From positions 71,147,790-71,211,789 of the forward strand of contig NC_057718.1 of NCBI RefSeq assembly GCF_004010195.1: a stretch of 64,000 bases of DNA, in the 5' to 3' direction. The position numbers and the translations under genes are program-made. The DNA comes from Chiloscyllium plagiosum. Lineage: Eukaryota. Below the pieces are notes generated by a model. The model searched no databases. It saw nothing but the letters and a program-made list of their open reading frames with translations, and was not told the origin of the DNA. Below, one piece after another: positions 37,776 through 51,338 of this stretch (positions within the stretch are counted from its first letter, which is position 1; every line of letters begins with the position of its first letter).

Positions 37776-38012
37776 TTAAGGTGTGGTGCCCACATCTGCA
37801 CTCAATAATCTAAAAGAGACATAACTCGGGTTTTATATAACAGCAGCATAACATCTACTTCTCAAAACTCCAGTCCTTTAGATGTGAAGATCAACACTCC
37901 ATTAACCTTATTAACAACATTCTTTACCTGTTCATGGCATCTTAAAAGAATTTTATCTGAACTCCCAAGTCTCATTGGACATCCACTGTACTTTAACTTT
38001 GTGTCTTCATAA

Positions 38013-38590
38013 TGTTATGGCCCAGATCAGACCCCAAAGTGTATTATGGAGATAGCCGACACATCTTTTAAAAGGCAAGGATAAGGTGCTATGTTTCAGA
38101 CATGACTCGATTGGTCGACCATTAAGATTGAATCAAAATAAATTTGATTCTTACAACACATTTGAAATACAATGAAAAGAACTAGTGTAACTCCATTGAA
38201 ATAACCCAAAAAAAAAAACCACTAATCACCAACTGTTCCAATATAGGCAGCATCCCATAAACACATCCTTGGTAAAGGCAATTCAGCCACATCATTATTA
38301 ATCTCATGTGCTGTCACTCTCCAGTCCACTCAAAAGTAATAACTTGTGCCTTATAATTTTTAAGAGGAAGCTCCTCTGTCTAAGACTTCACTCTAGCTGC
38401 ACAGAAGTCAAGCTTTCATCAAACTAACAAAACCTTGCCCCACTAACTGAAAGCAAAACAAAAGACTTCTGGGTCTCTGTGATTCTTGATTCATGATTCT
38501 TTGGTCTACAAAGGAAACACCCAGCGAGAACTCAAAGCTGTTTACCAACTGCTTGTCTGAAAGAGACATTTCTGCACCACTGTGATAATA
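38013..38590. mobile_element. LTR-like repeat interrupting a decayed CR1
   Basis: Starts tgttatgg and ends ...gataata. Flanked on both sides by minus-strand CR1-like sequence. Confidence 0.4.
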
Positions 38591-39199
38591 TCTCTCTGCA
38601 AGAATGCATCTCATTAAAATCCATCTGCAGAGTTTTGCCTATTCACCCAATATACCAATATCCTGTTATAATTTTATGCTGGTGTCAATACCATCCTCTT
38701 TGCTGCCCAATTTGATATTATCCAAGTTGTGAATAAATACTGAATATTGAGGCCACATCACAGATTCCTGCAATTTGAGTACTAATCTATTATTCCAAAT
38801 CTGGTTCCTGCCATTCAACAAATTTCCTATCAATGTCAGTAATTTGCTATCAATTCTGTGGGCATACACCACAGCTAACAATGCAACATGCAGGACTTCA
38901 AAGATCTTCTGGAAGTCCATTAAAAACAACATTCATCAATTTGCCTCCATCCATCACCACCTCTTCGAAGAGCTCTATGGACGTTTGTCACGCATGATCT
39001 ACCCTTCATAAAGCCATAGACCCAGCAGTCTTTGGCCCAAACTGGTCCATGCCGACTAAAATGTCCAACTACACTCCTCTCATTTCAATGCACCCGGCCC
39101 ATATCCATTTAAACCTTTCCTGCCCATGCATTTAGCCAAATGCATTTTAAATGGTGTAAATGTACCCACCTCAACCACTTCCACTGACAGCTCATTCTG

Positions 39200-39862
39200 A
39201 AGGGACAAGATAGTAAGTGAGGTAGGAATTTAAGGAGGAGGTCCCCGAAAGTATAATATCTGGATTACTCCTGGTGCTACGAGCTAGCGAGGGTAGAAAT
39301 AGGAGGATTGAGCAGATGAATGCATGGCTGAGGAGCTGATGTATGGGAGAAGGATTCACATTTTTGGATCATTGGAATCTCTCTTGGGGTAGAAGTGACC
39401 TGTACAAGAAGAACAGATTGCACTTGAATTGGAAGGAGACTAAGATACTAGCAGGAAGATTTGCTAGAGTTGCTCAGGAGGATTTAAACTAGTAAGGTGT
39501 GAGCTGCTCAGGATAATTTAAACTAGTAAGGTGGGGGAGTGGGACCCAGGGAGATAGTGAGGAAAGACATCAATCTGAAACTGGTACAGTTGCAAAAAGA
39601 AGTGAGTCAAACAAACAAACAAAAAGTCAGTGCAGGCAGGAAACAGAGCCAGAGAACAAGGTAGGACTGATAAATTAAACTGCATTTATTTCAATGCAAC
39701 ATGCCTAACATGGAAGGCAGATGAGCTCAGGGCATGGTTAGAAACATGGGACTGTGATATCATAGCAATTACAGAAACGTCAGGGATACAGGAAAGACAG
39801 AAAAGGAAGCAAGAGAGGAGGGTGAGTGGCATTTTTGATAAGGGATAGCATTACAGCTGTAC
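39200..39862 (+). mobile_element. CR1 ORF1 end / ORF2 start fragment
   Basis: ISGLLLV, FLDHWNL, LHLNWK; LNCIYFNATCLTWKADELRAWLETWDCDIIAITET. Confidence 0.85.
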
Positions 39863-41532
39863 TTGCATCATCAATAGTCACAGGTGTGCAGCTAGCTCTG
39901 GAGTACAACTCGCAGTACTATTGTTGAGTTGTCATCACGGATAGAAGTCTTTTCTGTGTGCAGTGCATTTAGTCATTTCTTGATAATAAGGTGGAGTTCA
40001 AGTTTGATGATGGGAACCTCAAAATAGACCAAGATGGATCATTCACTCAGCAAGTGTAGCTAAAGACATATGCAAATGCTTTAAGATTGTTGTTTGAAAT
40101 GATACTTGGGACCTCACATCACTAAGCATGTGAACCTTTGTGAATTTTCACTCTCCATTTATTTGTTCATATGACTGGTTGTGGTAGGAATGCAGTTTTG
40201 ATCTGAGCTGCTAGATGTGCAATTGCTAAGTTCTATCAATCCCATTTTGTGCTTTTTGGAATGCTCTGGTGTTACTTCTTCAGCTTGGCACCTTATTTTA
40301 GGTATGCCTGGTATTACGCCTGATATGCTATCCTGCAGCAGTGAAAAATGAAAAATGAACGAGTGAAAGAGAAAGTGAAAAATGTGTCAAATTTTGAGTT
40401 TGCACATTGCAGTTCAACGCAATTCTACTGCTACTACTAACACACAATGCCTCATGGTTTCCAAATTGAGGTGGCAGCTTGTAATGTCTCACATTTAACA
40501 TGGTAGAAGTGCCATACAACATAATAGGCTCAGCATGAAACTTGGATTTTACCTCCACAAGAACTGTGTCATGATCATTCATAACAATATTGTCCAGGGA
40601 CTGATACATTTATGACACAGAGACTGATTGGAGGCAGGTCAAGTAGGTTCTTGTTGGTTTCCTCACCAACTACTACATGTTCACTTGGGCAGAGATGTTC
40701 TCCAGGACTCAGCTAGCTGAGGCAGTAGTGGTGCTACTGAGCCACTCTTGCTGATGGGTATTGAAATGCTCTAATCAGAATGCATTGCACTTTTTCAAAA
40801 AAATCATTCATGGCATGTGACACTGCTGGCAAGCACAACATTTAATGCCATTCCTAACTGCTCTCAGGAAAATGACAGCTTCCAACGTTCTTAAGCTGTT
40901 GTCGTCCATAATGCGTAGATACTCTGACACTACTCATAGAAAGGAAGTTCCAGTTTTTCAGAAATAATAAATGCTGGAGATCAAAAAAAAAATGCTGGAA
41001 AAGCTCAGCAAGTCACACAGCTGTGGAGGGAAATCAGAGTTAACATTTCAGGTCCAGCGACCCTTCACATTTCCAGAAATAATTTCACTCCACCCAGAGT
41101 ATAAAGCCGTAGCCTCCCCTTAAAAGATTAGTTTTGTACAGCAGTCACTGTTTTTCACCTTATTTTTACTTTTGTCCTTGCTCAAAAAGTGTTTCATCTC
41201 CTTTTTTCCCAGTTCTGATGCAAGTTCATTAAATTGACAAGTCTTTCTCTCTCTCTGGAGATTCTGTATTTCCTTTTATTTTCAGGATGTTGTTTTCAGA
41301 TTGGTAGCACCTGCTTTTTGATTGGGAGGTTTTCAACTGCTCAGTTTTGATACAAAAGGAAGAAAACAGATTAGATCTAAGGAACTTTGAGCCAATGACG
41401 ATGATGACTGTAATTAGGCAGATAATTGTAAATGGATTACGTGGCAAGAAAAGGTGAACTTCTGCTGGAGAGCTGCAAGTAACTTTGGAATTGTTCCTTT
41501 CATTATACATATCTACCAGAATCATAGTATTG

Positions 41533-42640
41533 ACTTATGATGCATCTAATGGCAATGCTGGACCAGTCAGATACCAGTGTGAAACCTGGCATGATAGATC
41601 AGTTTCATTTTTGCAGGTGGTTACTGTGATGTCAGTCTCTCAACAGACACACAAGGCTGCAAATGTTCTTCAACAAAAGTTGAAAAAAATTAGAAAAATC
41701 TCAATATAAACAAAAAGATTTCAACCCGTTTCCACAACATACTTCTACAGATACTCAATCCTGAAGAAATATCTCCCCCATCTCAACTCTTTAATTTCTT
41801 CCTTAACTGGCACTTCGCAGTTCTAGGAGATGAGAGAAAAGTGAGGACTGCAGATGCTGGAGATCAGAGCTGAAAATGTGTTGCTGGAAAAGCGCAGCGT
41901 TCGAGGGATTTGACTGAGACAAGGTGGGGGGAGGGGAAATGAGGAAACTGGAGAAATCTGAGTTCATCCCTTGTGGTTGGAGGGTTCCTAGGCGGAAGAT
42001 GAGGCGCTCTTCCTCCAGCCGTCGTGTTGCTATGGTCTGAGGCTAAGATAAAAGGTAGGGAGGAGGGACTTGGGGGAGGAGGCTAAGATAAAAGGTAGGG
42101 AGGAGGGACTTCGCAGTTCTATTGATTCAGTTTTATGGCTTCTTTCTAAGTTTTTACAGCAATCAACGATTTTTTAATTCTGATGACCTATAGCTCGTCA
42201 GTTCTAGAAAACTCCTCGACAAACAGTCACAGCTTGGAAGCTTCACAAACTAAAACCACTTCTGCTAAGGTGTCCTGAGCTAAATCTTGATTTTTCCTAC
42301 ACAATTCACAAACTGTTCTTCCTTGTGAATTGAACTCCTGATTCTCCAGAAATGAAGTCAAAACCAATCACAATCACCTCTGGTCTGTTTTGCCTTGGTC
42401 TGTTCTAAACTCAGCAGGATAAACATTAAATCCATTAACACCCTCATCCCGTGAATTAATTCAAAAAAGTACATGTGTCCTACTAAACATGATTGAATGA
42501 ATGCCTTCCTGGAAAGTATGTCTTTTGCTCAACTCTTCAAAATTACTTTCTGGTCTCTTAGAAAAAAAAACTTTTAACTTCAAAGTAGAAGCCACACATC
42601 TACCTCTATTTCAAAAATCCAATCCTAAATGTTACTACAT
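41533..42640. mobile_element. LTR-like repeat (5925 family) containing a PLE insertion
   Basis: Homologous start to 5925-6650; ends ...actaca. Confidence 0.5.
41826..42107 (-). mobile_element. Rearranged PLE fragment joining the GIY-YIG C-terminus to the mini-unit tail
   Basis: Minus strand RRLEEERLIFRLGTLQPQGMNSDFSSF plus the ctcactttt tail. TSD acttcgcagttcta at 41812-41825 and 42108-42121. Internal ~33-bp duplication. Confidence 0.85.
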
Positions 42641-43503
42641 ATATTACAATATTTTTGAACACATCAATTAAAGGTTTTTTTTAAAAGGCACATTTCAGTT
42701 TCCTTAATGTGGAAGTGACTCCTTCAATTAACAAGCGAATTATACATCAAGCAAACATTCATATTCAAAAATACAAATTTCTGGAAAAGAATTCAGCAGT
42801 CTGGCAGCATCTTTGGAGAGAAAGCAGAGTTTCGGATCCAGTGATCTTTCTTCAGAATAATTCACATTAGATGATTTTCACTTTTTTCGTTACAATAAAA
42901 TTTTTACAAAGTAATTTCTCATTCTTCAGTGCTTTCTATCACTTGTTGGGGAACTTATCTTTCTTTTAAAAAGATTATCAGCCTGTATGGAATTGTTTCA
43001 CTCACTATGATCCTCGGAACAGTACATACTATCAACTGCAGATGATAAAGTGACACAATTTGTTATTCAATTTTGAGATAAGTATTTACAGGGAACGAGT
43101 ATTTCTGGTTCAGTTTTGTGCCATGTTGTAGCTTCCATGCCTCATTTAAAAAGCTCAAGTTAAAAAAAGCAAAAATGTTTCTCATTCCACTCTATATCAT
43201 GACTATTTCATCTTCAGATAACTGCACAATTCTCTTTTGAAAATCATGATTGAATCTGCCTCCACATCACATACCAAGCAGTGTATTTCACCCCTCATTC
43301 CTGAGGAAGAGCTTATGCTCAAAACATTGACTCTCCAGCTACTCGGATGCTGCCGGACTTGCTGTGCTTTTCCAGCACCCCACTCTTCGAGTATATTTCA
43401 AATCCTAATTACTCAATGTCTAAAAATATTTATTCTAAAGTTTTGTTCTCTTCTTAAAACAGTGTCCACCGATTCATAACTCATCTTCACCCCGTCTATG
43501 CTA

Positions 43504-44493
43504 TCCATTGTATTCAGCTGCAATCTAACCAGTGATTTCTTAAGCTTTAGTTATTCTCCTTGCTTTTACGTTCTAGTCCACTATTTATAAAGTCATCCAC
43601 GTGCTTTTATCTCCCCAAATCACCTTACTAACTTGCCATATCATCTTTTACCATTATTCATTATTTAGTCAACTTTTGTATTATCTATAAATTCTACAAT
43701 GTTGCATTACACACCCATGTTTAGAACATTTGTCATAACTATTAGAAAGTTATATCATACAAATGATTTTAAGTCAATGATTCTAGTTATTGACCAACCT
43801 GCCAGAAGAAATCATGCTCTATCAAACCTTACTCTATCAAAACTATGTCTTGAAAACATTTATTAGGTCACCTCTTACCTTATGGCTAAATCTTAAGATC
43901 TGAATGCTGTAGAGAAGTAGGTACTTATTTAACTTAAAACCTCTACAAATGAGACAGTCCTCCTAACCCACTGTCACAACTCTCCAAATACATCACTCTG
44001 AAATAGTCACCAACATTCTCTCAATTTTGCTTTTGTCTAAAAGGTCTTTGCAAGGCAGCAACTGCCAAAATTAAAAATGTAATCTGCATCTGCACACCAG
44101 CTGCTGTGCACTGAAAGTGGGAAGCATGTACAGCCATGCAGCTTAGAGGAGACATTGGTCACTATTACTGTCAGGTACCACATTGGGGAAAGAGCAATGA
44201 GAAGCACTGCTTTACATTTCTCTGAGGTTGATGCCTAAAATTTTCCATTGTATTCAGCTGCAGTCTAACCAGTGATTTCTTAAGCTTTAGTTATTCTCCT
44301 TGCTTTTACGTTCTAGTCCACTATTTATAAAGTCATCCACGTGCTTTTATCTCCCCCAAATCACCTTACTAACTTGCCATATCATCTTTTACCATTATTC
44401 ATTATTTCGTCAACTTTTGTATTATCTATAAATTCTACAATGTTGCTTTACACACCCATGTTTAGAACATTTGTCATAACTATTAGAAAGTTA
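43504..44493 (+). repeat. ~250-bp near-identical direct duplication (43504-43752 and 44244-44493)
   Basis: About four differences on manual alignment. Confidence 0.93.
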
Positions 44494-44990
44494 AAAATCA
44501 CAACACCAGATTATAGGCCAACAGAATTAATTGAAAATACAAGCTCTTGGAGAGCTGCTCCTTCGTCAGGTAGCTGGCAGGGCAGGATGCATAGCACACA
44601 CAATTTATAGTAAAAGATCAAATTGTCATACAACTGATGCAATGTATTAAACAAGCCTATATTGCTGTTAATTCTTTAATCACTTAGAATGGGGATGCAG
44701 GTTTCAATTAATACGTAAATCACAGAATTTCTTTCAACTCACTGCCCCAAGATAACTTAAGGTTTTATCAGTATATAAGAACAGAGACATCTCAGCTCAG
44801 ACAATACATTGAAGGTGTGAGGTTAGAGCCTGCCCTATACTTCCAATCTTAAGTCAGACGGGTTTCATTTTTAAAGTAGGAATTTATAAAATGTCACATT
44901 GACTGACTGACTACAGATTATGTGTTTTTTGAACAAAGTAGAAGGTATGTGCAAATACAAATCTGCAAATTCACCCCACAGATTTGTGTG
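44494..44990 (-). mobile_element. PLE pLTR/3' fragment (second family)
   Basis: aaaaatcacaacaccagattatag... Minus strand cctgacgaaggagcagctctccaagagc is a decayed HHR. Homologous to 62905. Confidence 0.7.
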
Positions 44991-45019
44991 TGTGTGAGAG
45001 AGAGAGAGGAGGGAAAGGT

Positions 45020-46900
45020 ATATTAGCTGGGTGAACACCAAGCATTAATAGCTATATGGGAATTATGATACTGTGTTGATAACAGAGACCTGGCTCAAAA
45101 ATAGGCAAGACTGGGTACTAAATATTTGTGGATGCAAAGCATTCATAGAAGCAAAGAAGGAGGAATGTTGCCAGCATTGATCAAGGAGTATATTATGCTG
45201 CTGAAGAGAGTATTACCTGGAACAGCCACGAACATGAATCTATTTGTTTAGGTTGAAGGAACAACTGAGTGCCATTATACTACTGGATGTATTCTATTGA
45301 TTAACTAGTGGAAAAAATACATATCAGGAAATTTGCTGAAAATGAGAGGAACAAGAACCACAGGCTCCCAACAGGGAGCTTCTATGATCCCAAAATAAAC
45401 AGGGATAGCAACACCGAACAGGGCAGAAAGGGCACAAAGTTTAAAATATGTTCAAGAGAGTTGTCTTGGTCGATACATTCTTGACCAAAGTGGAAGGAGA
45501 ACTAGGTGGAACTGGTTCTGGGAATCAGCATGATAACAAAGAGGCACCAGTTTAAAATTGAAATGTAGAAACATTTCTTCCCTCAAAGAATTCAATCTTT
45601 AGAATTCCTTGCCACAAAGAGCTGTGGTGGCAGAGTCCTTGTGTATATTTAAGACTGAGATAGACAGATTCTTGAAAAGGAGGGGAATCAAGAGTTATGG
45701 GGGAAAATACAGGAAACGTGGCCCAAGCAATGTCTGATCAGCCATCGAATGACAGAGCAGGTTTGAGGGGCCAAAAAGCCTACTCCTGTTTCTATTTCTT
45801 ATGGTCTCAAGTGGATTAAAAGTGTAAGGACAATAAAATTTAGAGACTAGTGATTATAGATTGACTATTGAAAAAGACAAAGAGCAACTTACAGTAAAGA
45901 TACTCTACTTGGGAGGACGAGTTTCAATTAATGCAGTCAGGTATATTGGCATCTGATACAGGCAGGCAAAAATACAATGGAGTACATAGGAAAGACAGAC
46001 AAAATGGTCCGAGTGCAATCAACAAACATTTTAAGAAAGGGCATCCAGAGCTTGAGCCTCCTAGATGACAAAGATGGAGAGTAAGGTGAAGCAAAAAAAA
46101 AGGGCTGTATGGCATATGAAAGTACAAGTGAGACCAAGGCTGAATACAGAACAAAGAGCAAATGAACAAGGACATGAGACACAAAAGAGTGCGCACAAAA
46201 ACAGATCAGAAGTAACAGAGAAATGCAAAAAATCTTCGACAAGCACAAAAATAGTTAAAATTGGTAATTAATAATAACGGTGGAGCTAATTGAAAAGCAA
46301 AAGGGTGGTTGATACATGGAGTAAATGAATCTGCCTTCAACAAAGAAAAATATTCTGCCAAAATATGCTCTGTTAAGCTGGTAATTGAAATCCTTGCTGG
46401 GTTAAAAATAAAAGTTTAAGAGAAAGTACTGGAAAAGCTAACTCTACTTACATTAGGTGTGTCACCAGGGTTAGCTGGGGGCTGAAAGAGATAAAGTGAG
46501 GAAACTACAGAGTTAGTGGATGTTCAAATCTCCTTCAGGCATAACATTAAAAGATTGGAGAATTGCTAATGTTAGACTCTTACTCAAGGGAGGAATGAGG
46601 ATAAACAGGGCAATAGCAAGCTAGTTAATTTAACCTCAGTGGCAGGAAGGTTTTACAACATTAACCTGGGATAATTGGGTAGTCCTTTGCACAGTATGTT
46701 AAAGGCAAATAATCTTTCACTACATTCATCAAGTTTCTGAATAAGTTAACAGAGAGGCTTGATGAAGATAATGGCAGTGGCCATAAACTAGTGGAAATGC
46801 AAAAACCTTTTAATAAAATGTTATATAATTGGATTGACAGGAAAGTTAAGGCCCACCGAATAAAAGGGGTACTGCTGGTATGGATTTGAAATTTGCTGAG
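45020..46900 (+). mobile_element. Highly decayed CR1 ORF2 with a nested LINE tail (~45535-45810)
   Basis: ITETWL, IANVRLL and QKPFNK remnants. Confidence 0.55.
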
Positions 46901-47340
46901 TGTCTTTGAATTGCCCTTGCAGAGAATCACAGTGGATTGGTGTACTGAATGGCCACTTTCTACCTTGTAACCATTCCATGATTCTATTCCACAACAATAA
47001 AAAAATAAGATGGATGACCCAGCATTGATCCATAGCAAAAATTAAAAAGACACACCCTACCCAATTGCGCATACAAATTCTCCTTGTAAGAAGTGGGAAC
47101 TTGTTTAAAAATTTCAAGAACTGTCTCACACACAAGACAAACAGCTTGATAAAGTTGTGCATACCTTACAGCCAAGGTGCCAGACACTTCACAATCACGC
47201 TCCAAGAGTATGAAATAGTGCCTCTTAAGGCATACATAACCATTTGTCTCTCTCTTATGCAGAAAGATACCTATAGTCCTTGGTATGCTATGGTTAGCAT
47301 ACGAAGGGAGGGAGGGAGGAGGGGGGAAAAGGGAGAGAGA

Positions 47341-47485
47341 NNNNNNNNNNNNNNNNNNNNNNNNNNNNNNNNNNNNNNNNNNNNNNNNNNNNNNNNNNNN
47401 NNNNNNNNNNNNNNNNNNNNNNNNNNNNNNNNNNNNNNNNNNNNNNNNNNNNNNNNNNNNNNNNNNNNNNNNNNNNNNNNNNNNN
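47341..47485. other. Assembly gap
   Basis: N run. Confidence 1.
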
Positions 47486-50400
47486 ACCCACCCTGAACCC
47501 CTCGATTAGATTCCAGTCTGTAACTCACTCCCGGGGTATCTGTTATTCTGTATTTAACCCACCCTGAACCCCTTGATTAGATTCCAGGCTGTAACTCACT
47601 CCGGGGTATCTGTTATTCTGTATATAACCCACCCTGAACCCCTCGATTAGATTCCAGTCTGTAACTCACTCCCAGGGTATGTGTTATTGTGGACATAACC
47701 CACCCTGAACCCCTCGATTAGACTCCAGTCTGTAACTCACTCCCGGGCTATCTGTTATTCTGCATATAACCCACCCTGAACCCCTCGATTAGATTCCAGT
47801 CTGTAACTCATTCCCGGGCTATCTGTTGTTATGTATATAACCCACCCTGAACACCTCCATTAGATTCCAGGCTGTAACTCACCGCCTGGGGTATCTGTTA
47901 TTCTGTATATAACCCACCCTGAACCCCTCGATCAGATTCCAGGTGGTAACTCACTCCGAGCAATCTGTTATTGTGTCTATAACCCACCCCGAACCCCTCG
48001 ATTAGATTCCAGACTGTAGCTCACTTCTGTGGTATCTGTTATTCTGTATATAACCCACCCGGAACCCCTCGATTAGATTCCAGTCTGTAACTCACTCTCG
48101 GGGTATCTGTATTCTGTATATAACCCAACCTGAACCCCTCGATTAGATTCCAATCTGTAACGCACCGCCTGGGTATCTGTTATTCTGTGTATGACCCACC
48201 CTGAACCCCTCGATTAGATTCTAGTCTGTAGCTCACTTCGAGCAATCTGTTATTTTGTATATAACCCACCCTGAACCCCTCGATTAGATTCCAGTCTGTA
48301 ACTCACTCTGGGGTATCTGTTATTCTATATATAACCCACCCTGAACCCCTCGATCAGATTCCAGTCTGTAACTCACTCCTGGGCTATCTATTGTTCTGTA
48401 TATAACCCACCCTGAACCCCTCGATTAGATTCCAGTCTATAACTCACCGCCTGGCTATCTGTTATTCTGTATATAACCCACCCTGAACCCCTCGATTAGA
48501 TTCCAGACTGTAGCTCACTTCTGTGGTATCTGTTATTCTGTATATAACCCACCCTGAACCCCTCGATTAGATTCCAATCTGTAACGCACTGCCTGGGTAT
48601 CTGTTATTCTGTGTATGACCCACCCTGAACCCCTCGATTAGATTCTAGTCTGTAACTCACTCTGGGGTATCTGTTATTCTGTATATAATCCACCCTGAAC
48701 CCCTCGATTTGATTCCAGTCTGTAACTCACTCTCGGGGTATCTGTATTCTGTATATAACCCAGCCTGAACCCCTCGACTACATTCCAGGCTGTAACTCAC
48801 TCCCGGGGTATCTGTTATTCTGTTTATAACCCACCCTGAATCCCTCGATTAGATTCCAGTCTGTAACTAACTCTCGGGGTATCTGTATATAACCCAGCCT
48901 GAACCCCTCGATTAGATTCCAATCTGTAACGCACTGCCTGGGTATCTGTTATTCTGTGTATGACCCACCCTGAACCCCTCGATTAGATTCTAGTCTGTAG
49001 CTCAGTTCGAGCAATCGGTTATTTTGTATATAACCCACCCTGAACCCCTCGATTAGATTCCAGTCTGTAACTCACTCTGGGGTATCTGTTATTCTGTATA
49101 TAATCCACCCTGAACCCCTCGATTTGATTCCAGTCTGTAACTCACTCTCGGGGTATCTGTATTCTGTATATAACCCAGCCTGAACACCTCAACTACATTC
49201 CAGTCTGTAACTCCCTCCCGGGTATCTGTTATTCTGTATTTCACCCATCCTGAACCCCTCGATCAGATTCCAGTCTGTAACTCACTCCGAGCAATCTGTT
49301 ATTCTGTATATAACCCACCCTGAACCCTTCAATTAGATTCCAGACTGTAGCTCACTTCTGTGGTATCTGTTATTCTGTATATAACCCACCCTGAACCCCT
49401 CGATTACATTCCAATCTGTAACGCACCACCTGGGTATCTGTTATTCTGTGTATGACCCACCCTGAACCCCTCGATTAGATTCTAGTCTGTAGCTCACTCC
49501 GAGCAATCTGTTGTTCTGTATATAACCCACCTTGAACCCCTCGATTAGATTCCAGTCTGTAACTCACTCTGGGGTATCTGTTATTCTGTGTATGACCCAC
49601 CCTTAACCCCTCGATTAGATTCCCGTCTGTAACTCACACCCGGAGTATCCGTTATTCTGTATATAACCCACCCTGTACCCCTCAATTCGATTCCAGTCTA
49701 TAACTCACCCCCTGGGTATCTGTTATTCTGTATATAACTCACCCTGAACACCTCCATTAGATTCCAGGCTGTAACTCACTCCCGGGTATCTGTTATTCTG
49801 TATATAACCCACCCTGAACCCCTCGATTAGATTCCAGTCTGTAACTCACTCCGGGGTATCTGTTATTCTGTATATAACCCACCCTGTACCCCTCAATTCG
49901 ATTCCAGTCTATAACTCACCCCCTGGGTATCTGTTATTCTGTATATAACCCACCCTGAACACCTCCATTAGATTCCAGGCTGTAACTCACTCCCGGGTAT
50001 CTGTTATTCTGTACATAACCTACCCTGAGTCCCTCGATCAGAATCCAGTCTGTAACTCACTCCTGGCTATCTGTTACTCTGTATATCACCCACCCTGAAC
50101 CCCTCAATTAGATTCCAGTCTGTAACTCCCTCCCAGGGTATCTGTTATTCTGTATATAACCAACGCTGAACCCCTCGATTAGATTCCAGTCTGTAACTCC
50201 CTCCCGGGGTATCTGTTATTCTGTATATAACCCACCCTGAACACCTCGATTAGATTCCAGTCTGTAACTCACTCCCGGGGTATCTGTTATTCTGTATATA
50301 ACCCACTCTGAAGCCCTCAATTAGATTCCAGTCTGTAACCCACGCCGGGGTATCTGTTATTCTGTGTATAACCCACCCTGAACCCCAGGATTAGATTCCA

Positions 50401-50980
50401 GTCTGTAACTCACTCACGGGTATCTGTTATTCTGTATATAACCCACCCTGAACCCCTCAAATAGAGTCCAGTCTGTAACTCCCTCCAGGGTATCTGTTAT
50501 TCTGTATATAAACCACCATGAACCCCTCGATCAGATTCAAGTCCCTAACTCCCTCCGGGGTATCTGTTATTCTATATACAACCCACACTGAACCCCTCGA
50601 TTAGATTCCAGGGAGATGTTATTCTGTATATAAACCACCCCAAAACACCTCGATTAGATTCCAGTCTGTTATTCCCTCCCGGGTATCTGTTATTCGGTGT
50701 ATAAACCACTCCGAACCCCTTGATTAGATTCCAGTCTGTTGTTCCCTCCCGAGTATCTGTTATTCTGTATAGAAACGCCCCCCCCGAACCCCTCTATTAG
50801 ATTCCAGTTTGTAACTCACTCCCGGGTGTCTGTTATTCTGTACATAAACTCCCCCAAACCCCTCGATTAGATTCCAGTCTGTAACTCCCTCCCGGGTATC
50901 TGTTATTCTGTATATAAACCACCCTGAACCCCTCGATCAGAGTCCAGTCTGTAACTCACTCCGGGGTCTGTGTTATTCTG
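47486..50980 (+). repeat. Tandem array of a 70-71-bp unit, ~49-50 copies
   Basis: Consensus ACCCACCCTGAACCCCTCGATTAGATTCCAGTCTGTAACTCACTCCCGGGGTATCTGTTATTCTGTATATA. Units start at 47486, 47557, 47627 and so on. Confidence 0.98.
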
Positions 50981-51114
50981 CCTGGCCTGGCCTGCCCTCG
51001 CTGGTGTGTGTATGATGAACGATGTGTAAGGTATGGGAGGGGCTGGAGATGATGCCCTTTGGGGGTATGAAGAGGGTGAATGATGGACAGAAAGGAGCGC
51101 GGATATTCACTTAC

Positions 51115-51191
51115 CCACTCGTCCTGTAGAGCTTTGAGGATTGCTGGGATGCTGGTCGCTGAGGGAGGCTTTGGTCTGATGGGGTGGCTCG
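51115..51191 (-). CDS. PRPF19: Isolated PRPF19 exon (77 nt, phase 1 to phase 0): [26 protein letters not shown]
   Basis: Acceptor ttctgatttctttgtgtccgtAG and donor GTaagt. The peptide is near-identical to the recalled PRPF19 segment after the U-box ([26 protein letters not shown]). No other PRPF19 exon was recognised in the window. Confidence 0.92.
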
Positions 51192-51338
51192 CTACGGACA
51201 CAAAGAAATCAGAACAACGTGACTCAGTGCCGCCTGAGCAACCGCTGGTCAGCGCCAGTGAAACAGGATGGCAACGCGTTGGATGCAACACCATATGCAA
51301 CCACAACAGCTCCTGCACAGGAGGATCAGGAAGCCATT

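Noticed and set aside
43879..43906. 28-nt micro-exon candidate with good splice sites
   Set aside because: The only open frame is phase-incompatible with the TMEM181 intron and it has no recognisable homology.
47486..50980. CRISPR-like array
   Set aside because: The units are contiguous ~70-bp monomers with only short related variants. There are no unique spacers and no cas genes, and the context is vertebrate.
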